Shown piece after piece: positions 18,079 through 26,761 of a stretch of 64,000 nucleotides of DNA. The DNA is from an uncultured Eubacteriales bacterium (GTDB lineage: Bacteria; Bacillota; Clostridia; Oscillospirales; Oscillospiraceae). Below the pieces are notes generated by a model. That model worked only from the letters and a program-made list of their open reading frames with translations, had not been told where the DNA came from and ran no database searches. The position numbers and the translations under genes are program-made. The stretch spans positions 21,811-85,810 of the forward strand of contig CAUGSS010000004.1 in the NCBI GenBank assembly GCA_959602365.1, read 5' to 3'. Positions within the stretch are counted from its first letter, which is position 1. Each line of letters starts with the position of its first letter.

Positions 18079-18333
18079 ATGAATCTGGAAGAACGCTATG
18101 CCATTGACCGTTTAGCTGCCGAGGCAGGCGGTTACTTCACCCCACCCACACAGGATGATATCGCTTATACCAATCTCCTGTTCGACGTCTGCCGTCAATT
18201 CAACATCCGCTACTATTCCGCAACCGCCAAAGAGAAAAATTTTGTAGAGGAAGTCACCCGTTTGACATGGGCAAGAATGCAAGAGAAAAAGACCGGCATC
18301 AAACAGGATGTGCGCCCGGCTTTCTCAGCTTGA
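18079..18333 (+). CDS. hypothetical small protein (84 aa)
   Basis: Starts at the internal Met (MNLEERYAIDRL) of track ORF 17917..18333, with a GGGAGG RBS 12 nt upstream. No known motif. Confidence 0.3.
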   Translation: MNLEERYAIDRLAAEAGGYFTPPTQDDIAYTNLLFDVCRQFNIRYYSATAKEKNFVEEVTRLTWARMQEKKTGIKQDVRPAFSA

Positions 18334-18449
18334 GGCCGGTATTGCGTTTCATATGCTGAGTCGGAAACCTCTATTTATAGTTGTTTCATTTGAAATATCC
18401 GCCGGATCAAATTGATTCCGGCGGATTTTCTTATCCATCCATTTTTCGC

Positions 18450-18854
18450 CTATCTCTCCTGCCGCTCTGGCTCTCCGGGAGTGTAGGGCAGGGCAATGAT
18501 TTCATCCCCCCACCGAAAGAACTTTTCCGGGCGGAGGAACTGATACCTGTACCGGGTGATCTGTTCCTCGGACAGGCTTCCGAAGTCCTCACCGCTGCAA
18601 TCGCAGAGAAAGCACGGCCCGGCGATGATGTCCCAGATCTTGCCCCTCTCATCCCGCAGCGCCCGGTTCAGCGGCATCCCGTTGAGCTTGCCCTCCTCAT
18701 TGCAGATGAGACAGACCGCCTCTTCAAAGGGATAACAGGCTTCAATACTGCCGCCCACCACCTCCTGCATCCCCTCCAGGGATGCGTCGATTTCCGTCGC
18801 CCGGACCTGCCTGCCCGGCTCCAACAGCACGACCTTCATGGTCTGTTCCGCCAC
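18450..18854 (-). CDS. DUF3846 domain protein
   Basis: 134-aa ORF (MKVVLLEPGRQVRATEIDASLEGMQEVVGGSIEA...) with the family pattern seen next to ardC in ICEs. Confidence 0.6.
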   Translation of the reverse strand: MAEQTMKVVLLEPGRQVRATEIDASLEGMQEVVGGSIEACYPFEEAVCLICNEEGKLNGMPLNRALRDERGKIWDIIAGPCFLCDCSGEDFGSLSEEQITRYRYQFLRPEKFFRWGDEIIALPYTPGEPERQER

Positions 18855-18883
18855 ATCGAAACCCTCCTCTTTGCCTCATACCG

Positions 18884-20221
18884 TTATCGCTCCCTCGCTT
18901 TTGGCGTGGGGCCGCGCTGCCCGTCCGCTGTCCCCGCCCTGGCCCGCTGCCGGGCCACCGCAATCCGTTCCCCCATCGTCCGGGGCGGATAGGGCAGCTG
19001 GTAGTGCTCCTTGATGTCCCGGATCAGCGCCATGCACTGCCTTTCTGGCACGCTCCGCAGCTTGTCCATCACCCCCTGCGCCGTCTGCCGCTGTTCCGGG
19101 CTCTGGTTGTATTGGGCCGTCCAATCCAACCAGTCAAACACATCTGCTTTGCTCTTTCCAAACGAACGAAACAGGCACTGCTTTTCCTCTTCGATCAGCG
19201 CGATGGAACTTTCCTCCATCCCCGGACCAGGAGATACCGTAAGGACAGCATCCAGCCTCTGTTCATACTCCTGCTGTGGCATCAACGCGGCGCACATCTC
19301 CATATAGTCGGCGGCACCCTGGGCGTCCTTGATGGCATGGATCAGCAGATTGGGCTGATCCCGGATGCCCTGAATCCAGCCCTGTACATACGCCTTGTGG
19401 TTGTCGATGTGCTGTTGGGACATCTCCGTGGAAAGGGAAACGCCCATGAAGCAGGAGGCCATCTCAGCCACCAATTCTTCATAGGCGTATGTGTCGCTCC
19501 CAAAGCCGCCGCTCTGGTTTCGGTTCAGCCGGCTAGGATGCCCCGTGGCGTGGGCCAGCTCGTGGAGCGCTGTCGCATTATAGGCATACTCACTTTCAAA
19601 GGCCGACGGCTCCGGCAGGTGGATTTCATCTTGTTTGGGCCGGTAGAATGCCTGATCCCCGCCATGGATAATGGGCACACCCATGTTCCTGGACAGACTG
19701 CTCACCAACACATCGGCCTCAATGGTTGTCTCCGGCTGCTGCGGCTGTTCCAGCGCTGGGACTCCCTCCACCAGGCTGGCATTGAAAACCGGTGTGTAGC
19801 GGGTGGAAAGGCGGAATTCGTTCTGATCTCTACCCTCTGTAGAGAGTGCTTTCCGGTATTCCTCCCAGGTCACAGCCTTCTGGTTGACTGTATCATAGGG
19901 ATACCAGTATTCCACCCAGACCGCCTTGGAGCCGGCCTGGAGGTGCCACTTCTGCCCCGGATGGTACTTTCCCTTTTTGTCCATGATCTGCACCATGGTC
20001 ATCCAGCGGGGATCGTGATACCCGTTGACCAAGGCCACCAGCGACAGGTAAAACGAATTGCTGCCCCGGTATTTGGCCCCGGTGACAATGTTGTAGGGGG
20101 CTCCATTCCGGCCCGACTGGGTCCACTCCTGGCGCCACTCCAAGCCCTTTTCCTCCAGCACATGGGCGAACATATCCGCCAGCTGCTGCCGGTACTCCTC
20201 TTTATTTTTCGGTTTGCTCAC
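18884..20221 (-). CDS. ardC: ArdC-like antirestriction protein with C-terminal zincin metalloprotease domain
   Basis: 445-aa ORF with an ArdC-N ssDNA-binding N-terminus and the HExxH motif LHELAHATGH. It uses a GTG start. Confidence 0.75.
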   Translation of the reverse strand: MSKPKNKEEYRQQLADMFAHVLEEKGLEWRQEWTQSGRNGAPYNIVTGAKYRGSNSFYLSLVALVNGYHDPRWMTMVQIMDKKGKYHPGQKWHLQAGSKAVWVEYWYPYDTVNQKAVTWEEYRKALSTEGRDQNEFRLSTRYTPVFNASLVEGVPALEQPQQPETTIEADVLVSSLSRNMGVPIIHGGDQAFYRPKQDEIHLPEPSAFESEYAYNATALHELAHATGHPSRLNRNQSGGFGSDTYAYEELVAEMASCFMGVSLSTEMSQQHIDNHKAYVQGWIQGIRDQPNLLIHAIKDAQGAADYMEMCAALMPQQEYEQRLDAVLTVSPGPGMEESSIALIEEEKQCLFRSFGKSKADVFDWLDWTAQYNQSPEQRQTAQGVMDKLRSVPERQCMALIRDIKEHYQLPYPPRTMGERIAVARQRARAGTADGQRGPTPKARER

Positions 20222-20363
20222 GCATCATCGCCTCCCATTCCTCCGCCGTCAGCGTCTCCTCGTCGATAAAGATAATCTCTTTGTTGTCTGTCATAGCAGA
20301 TTTTCCTCCCGGTGTTAAATATAAGAAAAGCGCCTGTCAGTTAGACAGACGCTTTTACTGTAA

Positions 20364-20972
20364 CTATGAAATTAGAGATTCATGGATTCGGTCAAAGGTG
20401 TCATACTCAATGTTCTCAAAAATGAGTTCCCGATAACTCTCACGCTCCTGCATCCGGTCCCGTCCCATCCCGTCCGAACCCCTAGGGGCTTTGGGGGAGG
20501 ATAGGACAGGATTTGATCCTTCCGTACTTGGTGAATCCGTATTTTGTTCTTCAGGATTTCTTTTCTCTTTACTTAATTGCGGCCGGTTTTCCAGACATGG
20601 GTTATCCATATCCGGGTTTTCCGTATCTGGACAAGCCGTATCCGGCTCGTTCTCACACGGCTGGCCCGTGTCTGGGGAATGGGGTGTCTCGTAGATGACA
20701 TACTCCACATCCACGATCTTGCCCTTGCTGTCTCGCAGCCGATTGCGGACTATGTACCCGGCTCGCTCCAGCTCCTTCAGGGCGAAGCCTATGCTGTCTG
20801 TGCCCTCCTTGCAGATCTTCGCAAGGCCCCTGGTGGTGTAGTTCCAGTCCTCCGGCAAGGACAGCATCATGGAGAGCAGCCCTTTGGATTTCAGGGACAG
20901 CCCCGCGTTGCGCAGATGGTGGTTGGACATCACCGTGTAATCGCGGGTTTTCTCAATGCGGAATACCGCCAT
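20364..20972 (-). CDS. winged-helix DNA-binding protein (replication-initiator/DnaD-like N-terminus)
   Basis: 202-aa ORF with an N-terminal wHTH (LSLPEDWNYTTRGLAKICKEGTDSIGFALKELERAGYIV) and an acidic low-complexity C-terminus. Confidence 0.5.
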   Translation of the reverse strand: MAVFRIEKTRDYTVMSNHHLRNAGLSLKSKGLLSMMLSLPEDWNYTTRGLAKICKEGTDSIGFALKELERAGYIVRNRLRDSKGKIVDVEYVIYETPHSPDTGQPCENEPDTACPDTENPDMDNPCLENRPQLSKEKRNPEEQNTDSPSTEGSNPVLSSPKAPRGSDGMGRDRMQERESYRELIFENIEYDTFDRIHESLIS

Positions 20973-21144
20973 AGTATCACCTCCTTTCGGCGGTCTAAAA
21001 AGTGTTGATTTTATAATAAAAGGTGGCCTCTATGCCGCCCGGCTACCTCGGAGGGGAAAACCTATGGGCGTTGACCTTTCGACCGACTGTGGATGAAAAA
21101 CATGGAATTTTCGACTCCTTTTGGGTCAGTTTCGAGTATGAAAA

Positions 21145-21172
21145 CACACCATAGGGTTGAACCTATGGTGTG
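21145..21172. promoter_or_regulatory. 11-bp perfect inverted repeat (cacaccatagg N6 cctatggtgtg), operator-like
   Basis: It lies in the divergent intergenic region between the wHTH gene (20972) and the Cys-protein/dual-NTPase operon (21309). A half-site copy cctatggg is at 21061. Confidence 0.4.
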
Positions 21173-21308
21173 CAAGGATTGTGTTATAGACCATTTTTAT
21201 TTATGTTTTGCAATTGTTTTTTGCCTATTAATCAGCTATAATTTTCCTACAGACTAATTGTGACAATTTTTTCGTAGACTATCTCTTACATTTAAGGTGG
21301 AGTGTTCT

Positions 21309-21734
21309 ATGGCTCTTCGAGCGGATCAGCGAGATTATAAGAACGCATTTCAAAAGCATCTGCATGCCTATACTAACTGGAAGGCTACTGGTAGTAGTGC
21401 AAGTAAACGGCTTATTTTAGCATATTGCGTGGAATGTGGGCTAAAATATGTAATTATGAAACAAGAAAACATATTTCGAACATCCGAAGCCCAAGATGAT
21501 ATAGCAAAAGAACTAAGTTCACATGACTATCGTAAGTTGTTAAGGCGATTAAAGCAAGCCGGAATATATGAATTTCCCACGATAAAAACTAATCACTGCG
21601 AAAATGTCCACCCAGAAACTTATCATGAATTTTGCAGATATTGTATTAAGCCGGAAGATAAGTACGTAGGAACTATCCAACAATACGACAAGACATTTGA
21701 AGAAATTGTTGAATGGATTGAGGAGCACATATGA
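21309..21734 (+). CDS. small Cys-containing protein (two CxxC pairs, putative Zn-ribbon); partner of the downstream dual-NTPase gene
   Basis: Start at the ATG 6 nt after the RBS AAGGTGGAG; the GTG start in the track lies inside that RBS. It contains CVEC and CRYC. The region is AT-rich, and its stop overlaps the next start (ATGA). Confidence 0.5.
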   Translation: MALRADQRDYKNAFQKHLHAYTNWKATGSSASKRLILAYCVECGLKYVIMKQENIFRTSEAQDDIAKELSSHDYRKLLRRLKQAGIYEFPTIKTNHCENVHPETYHEFCRYCIKPEDKYVGTIQQYDKTFEEIVEWIEEHI

Positions 21735-24355
21735 AAATGAAGTTTTACACTTGGAAAGATATTGAACGATATTTTTTATTATACCGTGCTTCATGGGAAG
21801 ATACGATCGGCTCTATTGACGTATACCCTACTGATATAACAGTATATGCAAGACAAGGTACATGTGAAAAGGCATGGGAAACCATTCAAACGATGTTTGG
21901 TGCAAACTATAATCCTCAAAAAAAAGAAATCAAATTGGACATTGGAAATTATGCATTGCCTATCGATGTTCAAGAAAGCGAAAGTGTGCCAAAAGGCAAG
22001 AAAGTATTGCCTCTATTTGAAAATGTTCTGTATCAAACATCATCATATCCGACTCAAAAGCCTGAGCCATTAAGTCATCAAATAATCGCTTTTCATTCAT
22101 ACAAAGGCGGCGTGGGTAGAACATTGTCCCTTTTGGCGTTTGCTAAGGCTTGGTCAGCAGTTTTTGGTAATAGCGACACTAAAAGGCTCTTAATTATAGA
22201 TTCTGATATAGAAGCTCCAGGCATGACTTGGCTTCAAGAAAATCGTTCCGATGACACATTTAGCTATTTAGATTTGTTAGCACTGATTCAAGATAAAAAA
22301 GATGTTGATGAAATAGTTGATTTAGCTTGTTCAAAGTTGAAATTGTCTACGATAACTGTTGAAACAACTTCTCGAAAGATTGAGCATGTGTTTATTCCCA
22401 CTTATCGTTATGAGGAACAGCTAATTGATCTATACGCAACGCCGGAGAGCATTGTAAATAGTAAGGGAAAAGAATATATTCTTGCTACAGTTATATCTAA
22501 AATCTGTGAGCGTTTGGGTTTATGTGCTGCTTTAGTCGATTTGCGTGCAGGAATCAGTGAATACTCGTCTACGCTTTTGTTAGATTCTCGTGTTAAAAAG
22601 TACTTGGTAACATCTACTTCAACACAATCAATTCTCGGTACTCAAATGCTTTTAAAGTATTTGTTAAAGGGACTTAATATAGGAGAATATACTGTACTGC
22701 CTGAAATTTTCCTGAATATGATTCCAGATGCACTGTCAGAAAATGATAAAAGTGATATAATTGGAGAATTGCTTCAGTGCTATGAGCAAGGGGGGGGCGT
22801 AGACTCCGATCTGCAGCTTACTGATAATGTTATTACTGAATTGCCTTTTGCAAGTGAACTAATCCATCTAACCTCTATGCATCAGATCTTCCAGAACTTA
22901 AATGGGAGAGGACTTTATCTTAATCTTGAGGAGTTGATAAAACAGAATTATATCGATGAAAAGCCTCTTGATGAAAGTAGTATCAAGGAAGAAAGCCGAG
23001 ATACTATTCTAAAAAAAATAAATGAATTGGCCTCTTCCCAGTTAACTGCAGAGGGAAATGCAGATTTTGATGTTCTCATGACAGAAGCTCTAAAGTATCT
23101 TTCCAGAAAATATAATGATTCAGTCCCAGCAACTGTTGTAATGGGGGCTAAAGGATCAGGAAAGACCTTTTTGTATCGGAAGATGAGTGAATCTAGAGAG
23201 TGGACAGCCTTTTGTAAAAGCATAGGTGAGCCTGTAAACGATACTGCTACTGGGTTCTTTCTGCCGGTTATTGCTTCAAGAAATTCCACTCAATTTATGA
23301 AGACATTAAAATCGTGTATTAATAATTTAAACAATCACATTTCTGGCTGTAGCGTAAGCGAAAGTATATTTTGGGATAATTCCACAAAATTAGAGCGCGA
23401 AAAAAATCAGACTACGGATTGGCTCTATTTTTGGGAATTATTGCTTGTAAAATCTATATACCCTCAGTACTCTAGTTTACAAGAAGTCAACAGTGAACTG
23501 GAAGCCAAAAAGAAAAAAGTGATTTTTTTGATTGATGGGCTTGAAGATATATTTGCACATATTTCCGCTGACGAAAACGAGCAAACTGCAGTAAAGGCTT
23601 TGTGCCAAGACATTGTTGCACAATTGATAGCTAAATACTCCAACATTGGAATAATTGTATTTTTGCGGCGTGATATGGCACAATCATCTATTACAGTTAA
23701 CTTTAAACAGTTTATGCAAGCCAATGGACAGGCAGAGTTAAAATGGTCGTCAAGCGATGCACTAAGACTTGTAGTTTGGCTTGTTTCAAAAGCTGTGCCT
23801 CGATTCTACGAAGATGTAGAAGAGATAGAACAAGCATCTCAAAAAGTCATTGATGATGCCCTTGTACGTTTGTGGGGAACTAAACTCGGAAAATCTTCAT
23901 CTAATGAAGCATATTCATCTAGGTGGATTTTAGCAGCATTATCTGATTTTAACGGGCAGTTGCAAGCAAGAGATATTATTCGATTTTTACAACATGCGAC
24001 AGCATCTCCAAAGAAAGCAATTTATAATGATCGCATTATTATGCCAACAGAAATCAGGGAGGCAGTTTCTACTTGCTCAACGGAAAAAATTGAAGAGGTA
24101 AAGCAGGAATATGCGACGCTTAAGCCGATTTTTGAAAGACTTCAAGATTTACCAGAGGAGCATAGAACTCTCCCGCTATTGCCTGAGTATGCAAAACTAA
24201 CTAGTGACGAGGAACGATATATGATCCGAGAGGGATATTTAAAAAGGGAAGGAGATAAGTTTTATCTGCCGGAAATCATTCGCCACGCACTGAGATTCAA
24301 ATATGGGAAAGGAGCTCGTCCAAAAGTTTTAGCACTCACATTAAAGAAATCATAA
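21731..24355 (+). CDS. 874-aa multidomain NTPase: unknown N-terminal domain + KGGVGR-variant ParA/MinD-like ATPase + NACHT-like STAND NTPase + helical C-terminus
   Basis: Deviant Walker A SYKGGVGRT at nt 22103..22120 and a ParA-like Walker B LLIIDSD. A second P-loop, GAKGSGKT, lies at nt 23144..23167, with a NACHT-type Walker B VIFLIDGLED at 23519..23545. The coding sequence is about 38% GC. Confidence 0.65.
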   Translation: MKMKFYTWKDIERYFLLYRASWEDTIGSIDVYPTDITVYARQGTCEKAWETIQTMFGANYNPQKKEIKLDIGNYALPIDVQESESVPKGKKVLPLFENVLYQTSSYPTQKPEPLSHQIIAFHSYKGGVGRTLSLLAFAKAWSAVFGNSDTKRLLIIDSDIEAPGMTWLQENRSDDTFSYLDLLALIQDKKDVDEIVDLACSKLKLSTITVETTSRKIEHVFIPTYRYEEQLIDLYATPESIVNSKGKEYILATVISKICERLGLCAALVDLRAGISEYSSTLLLDSRVKKYLVTSTSTQSILGTQMLLKYLLKGLNIGEYTVLPEIFLNMIPDALSENDKSDIIGELLQCYEQGGGVDSDLQLTDNVITELPFASELIHLTSMHQIFQNLNGRGLYLNLEELIKQNYIDEKPLDESSIKEESRDTILKKINELASSQLTAEGNADFDVLMTEALKYLSRKYNDSVPATVVMGAKGSGKTFLYRKMSESREWTAFCKSIGEPVNDTATGFFLPVIASRNSTQFMKTLKSCINNLNNHISGCSVSESIFWDNSTKLEREKNQTTDWLYFWELLLVKSIYPQYSSLQEVNSELEAKKKKVIFLIDGLEDIFAHISADENEQTAVKALCQDIVAQLIAKYSNIGIIVFLRRDMAQSSITVNFKQFMQANGQAELKWSSSDALRLVVWLVSKAVPRFYEDVEEIEQASQKVIDDALVRLWGTKLGKSSSNEAYSSRWILAALSDFNGQLQARDIIRFLQHATASPKKAIYNDRIIMPTEIREAVSTCSTEKIEEVKQEYATLKPIFERLQDLPEEHRTLPLLPEYAKLTSDEERYMIREGYLKREGDKFYLPEIIRHALRFKYGKGARPKVLALTLKKS

Positions 24356-24437
24356 TCATTCGGACTATAGATAGCATAATAAAATTTTGTGATGGAGCGC
24401 CATAGCTATAGCTTTTATGCTTATGGCGCTCCACTAT

Positions 24438-24656
24438 TTATTCACTTTCCTCGTCCAGCCCCTCCGCCCTCAGCCAGTCCTCAAAGGACTTTCTGGAGAT
24501 GCGGATCATATTGCCGATGCGGATCGTCTTGAACAATCCGAAGTTGGCGAGTTTATAGGCCGAGGCGCGGCCGATACCGAGAATGGCTGCGATGTCATTC
24601 ACGGTGTATGTCCTGCTTTGGGGCGTCCCTTTTTCGTTGGTCGTGTCAGTGCTCAT
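24438..24656 (-). CDS. excisionase-family / MerR-like HTH DNA-binding protein
   Basis: 72-aa ORF (YTVNDIAAILGIGRASAYKLANFGLFKTIRIGNMIRISRKSFEDWL) matching the Xis-type HTH pattern. Confidence 0.55.
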   Translation of the reverse strand: MSTDTTNEKGTPQSRTYTVNDIAAILGIGRASAYKLANFGLFKTIRIGNMIRISRKSFEDWLRAEGLDEESE

Positions 24657-25169
24657 AAGATTAACCTCCCTATTCTAATATCATTTTGAAATGGTCCCTG
24701 GAAGCCCTCTGTCACAAGGGGTTCCTGCTAATACCTTGCTAATACGACATTTGAAAAGCCATTGTAAGGCAGCATATTTCAGGGGAATTTGTGCAAATTG
24801 ACTTGCTTCCAGGCAGCACAATTTACGAAGAAACAATATGGGAAGATATGATATGAACCATTTACGAAATGGTGCGCCATACTCCTAACGGCTTCGAACT
24901 ATTAACGACCTCGCTACATAAGGTATTTTTTCTCTTTTATGCGTTTACAGTACTGTATCGCGTCATTTTCTCTCAAAATATTGAAAAAAATATCACAAAA
25001 TCCATATGGGAGACTATTTCCAAGCCTCATACTCATTTTTAAGGGGAATCGTTCGAATCCATTATTCGCCCTCTCACTTATAGAGGTAGCACAAATATAG
25101 CGGAAACTTATGAAGCAAGCAGGAGAGCGTGGCGCTCATGCACCACGCTCTCCTGCTTATACTCTATCG

Positions 25170-26618
25170 TTATTCCATACCACGGTAGCCGTGCTTTTCT
25201 GCATGGCCAAGCAGATAAAGAAACGCGAAGGCCGGGATACGGATCAAATCTTTGCCGCTTTTCGTATTGTGGACGCCAAAGTCATCGGCAGTTTTGGTCA
25301 CCACGATGGAGGCTGCGGCTTCTCCGCTCAACTCTACGATCGCAGAATCATCCGGGATAGGGGCGCCCTCCCGGTATTTCACTTCGATGAGGATGTTCTT
25401 GGAATTGGCATATTCCACCACAACATCGACTTCTTTTCCTCGTTTGCCGCCGCGATAATATCCTACCGACGCAGCCTGCTGATAATAAAATGCAGCTACA
25501 TGCTTGTAAACTGCGGTTTCCACCACCTTCCCCATCTCGACCGGATCGCTCAGCATAGAGTCGTCCATTAAAACCGCATTGCGGATCGCCGCATCAGCAA
25601 TATAGATTTTAGGACTCGCTTTCAGGACCTTTTTTCCCCCCATATTGACGGGCCAGCTCTGATAAATTAAGTTAGCACTTTCCAGATATTCAATATAATT
25701 TTCTACGGTAGGTCTGGAAACACCATTCAGTTCCTTCGCAATCGCTTCGATAGAGACGATCTCAGAAGAAACATTGCACAGATAAAGAAAGATTCGCTCC
25801 AACTCTGTCGCATTGCGGATCTTATAAAGGGAGGGCAGATCCCGCTTGAGTACTTTGTCTACCACATCTTCCCGCATAATCTGCTGGGCCAGAATGTCGT
25901 TATCAGCCAGAGCCAGTTCGGGAAACCCGCCCACTTGCAGATAGCGGTTAAAGTGATTCTGCACCTTGGAGAGCTGCAGCATGATCTGGGTGCGTTCCTG
26001 CTGGGTCTTATATACCAGCGGTGTGATCTTTAAATTGTCCGGCAGGTCGGGACGATCCACATTCAGCAGTTCACAGTACTCATAGAAGGACAGCGTGGGA
26101 ACCTGGATCGCCGACCATCGACCAGCGCCGCTCTCCTGGCTCCCTTTGATCAAAACCGGACTGGCCGAGCCGGTAGCCACCATTTTGGTGTCCGGCTGCA
26201 TATCGTAGATCGTCTTCAGCCATTTGTCCCAATCCTGCGCATACTGGATCTCGTCAAAAAAGTAGTAGACATCCTGCTCCGGATAGATATTTTCGTGATA
26301 GCACTCCAGAATCTCATTCATGGCGCTTAACTTCAGCATGGGATGATCCATGGAAATAAAGACGATCTTCTGAGGCGGCACGCCGTTTTGGAGCAGAGCC
26401 TCGATCATCTGGTACTGTATGGTGGTCTTTCCAACTCGTCTGGTTCCTGTTAAAACCACTGTGCGCCGGATGTCGGTCTGATTCAGGCGCTTCATGGCCT
26501 CGTAATAGGCAAAGCGCTTATAAGTTTTGGACAGTTTGGGGTTTACGACTCCGGTTTTCCACCAGGGGTTGTAGGAAACCAGTACTTTCAGCAATCCTTC
26601 CTTGCTGATGATGGCCAT
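25170..26618 (-). CDS. AAA+ ATPase with DUF4143, copy 3
   Basis: 482-aa ORF with P-loop GTRRVGKTT and Walker B YFFDEIQ. It lies in the low-GC island and is followed by a hairpin at 25119..25155. Confidence 0.75.
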   Translation of the reverse strand: MAIISKEGLLKVLVSYNPWWKTGVVNPKLSKTYKRFAYYEAMKRLNQTDIRRTVVLTGTRRVGKTTIQYQMIEALLQNGVPPQKIVFISMDHPMLKLSAMNEILECYHENIYPEQDVYYFFDEIQYAQDWDKWLKTIYDMQPDTKMVATGSASPVLIKGSQESGAGRWSAIQVPTLSFYEYCELLNVDRPDLPDNLKITPLVYKTQQERTQIMLQLSKVQNHFNRYLQVGGFPELALADNDILAQQIMREDVVDKVLKRDLPSLYKIRNATELERIFLYLCNVSSEIVSIEAIAKELNGVSRPTVENYIEYLESANLIYQSWPVNMGGKKVLKASPKIYIADAAIRNAVLMDDSMLSDPVEMGKVVETAVYKHVAAFYYQQAASVGYYRGGKRGKEVDVVVEYANSKNILIEVKYREGAPIPDDSAIVELSGEAAASIVVTKTADDFGVHNTKSGKDLIRIPAFAFLYLLGHAEKHGYRGME

Positions 26619-26761
26619 ACAACCACCTCCTCCAGTAATATAGTAGCGCTAATTTTCATCTTTGTCAACAATTATTTAAACTATACCTTAAATAATTGTT
26701 GACAAGTATTGATAAATGCATCACTATTCTATCCAACTTAGAAGGTGAGTATACCTTTGCT

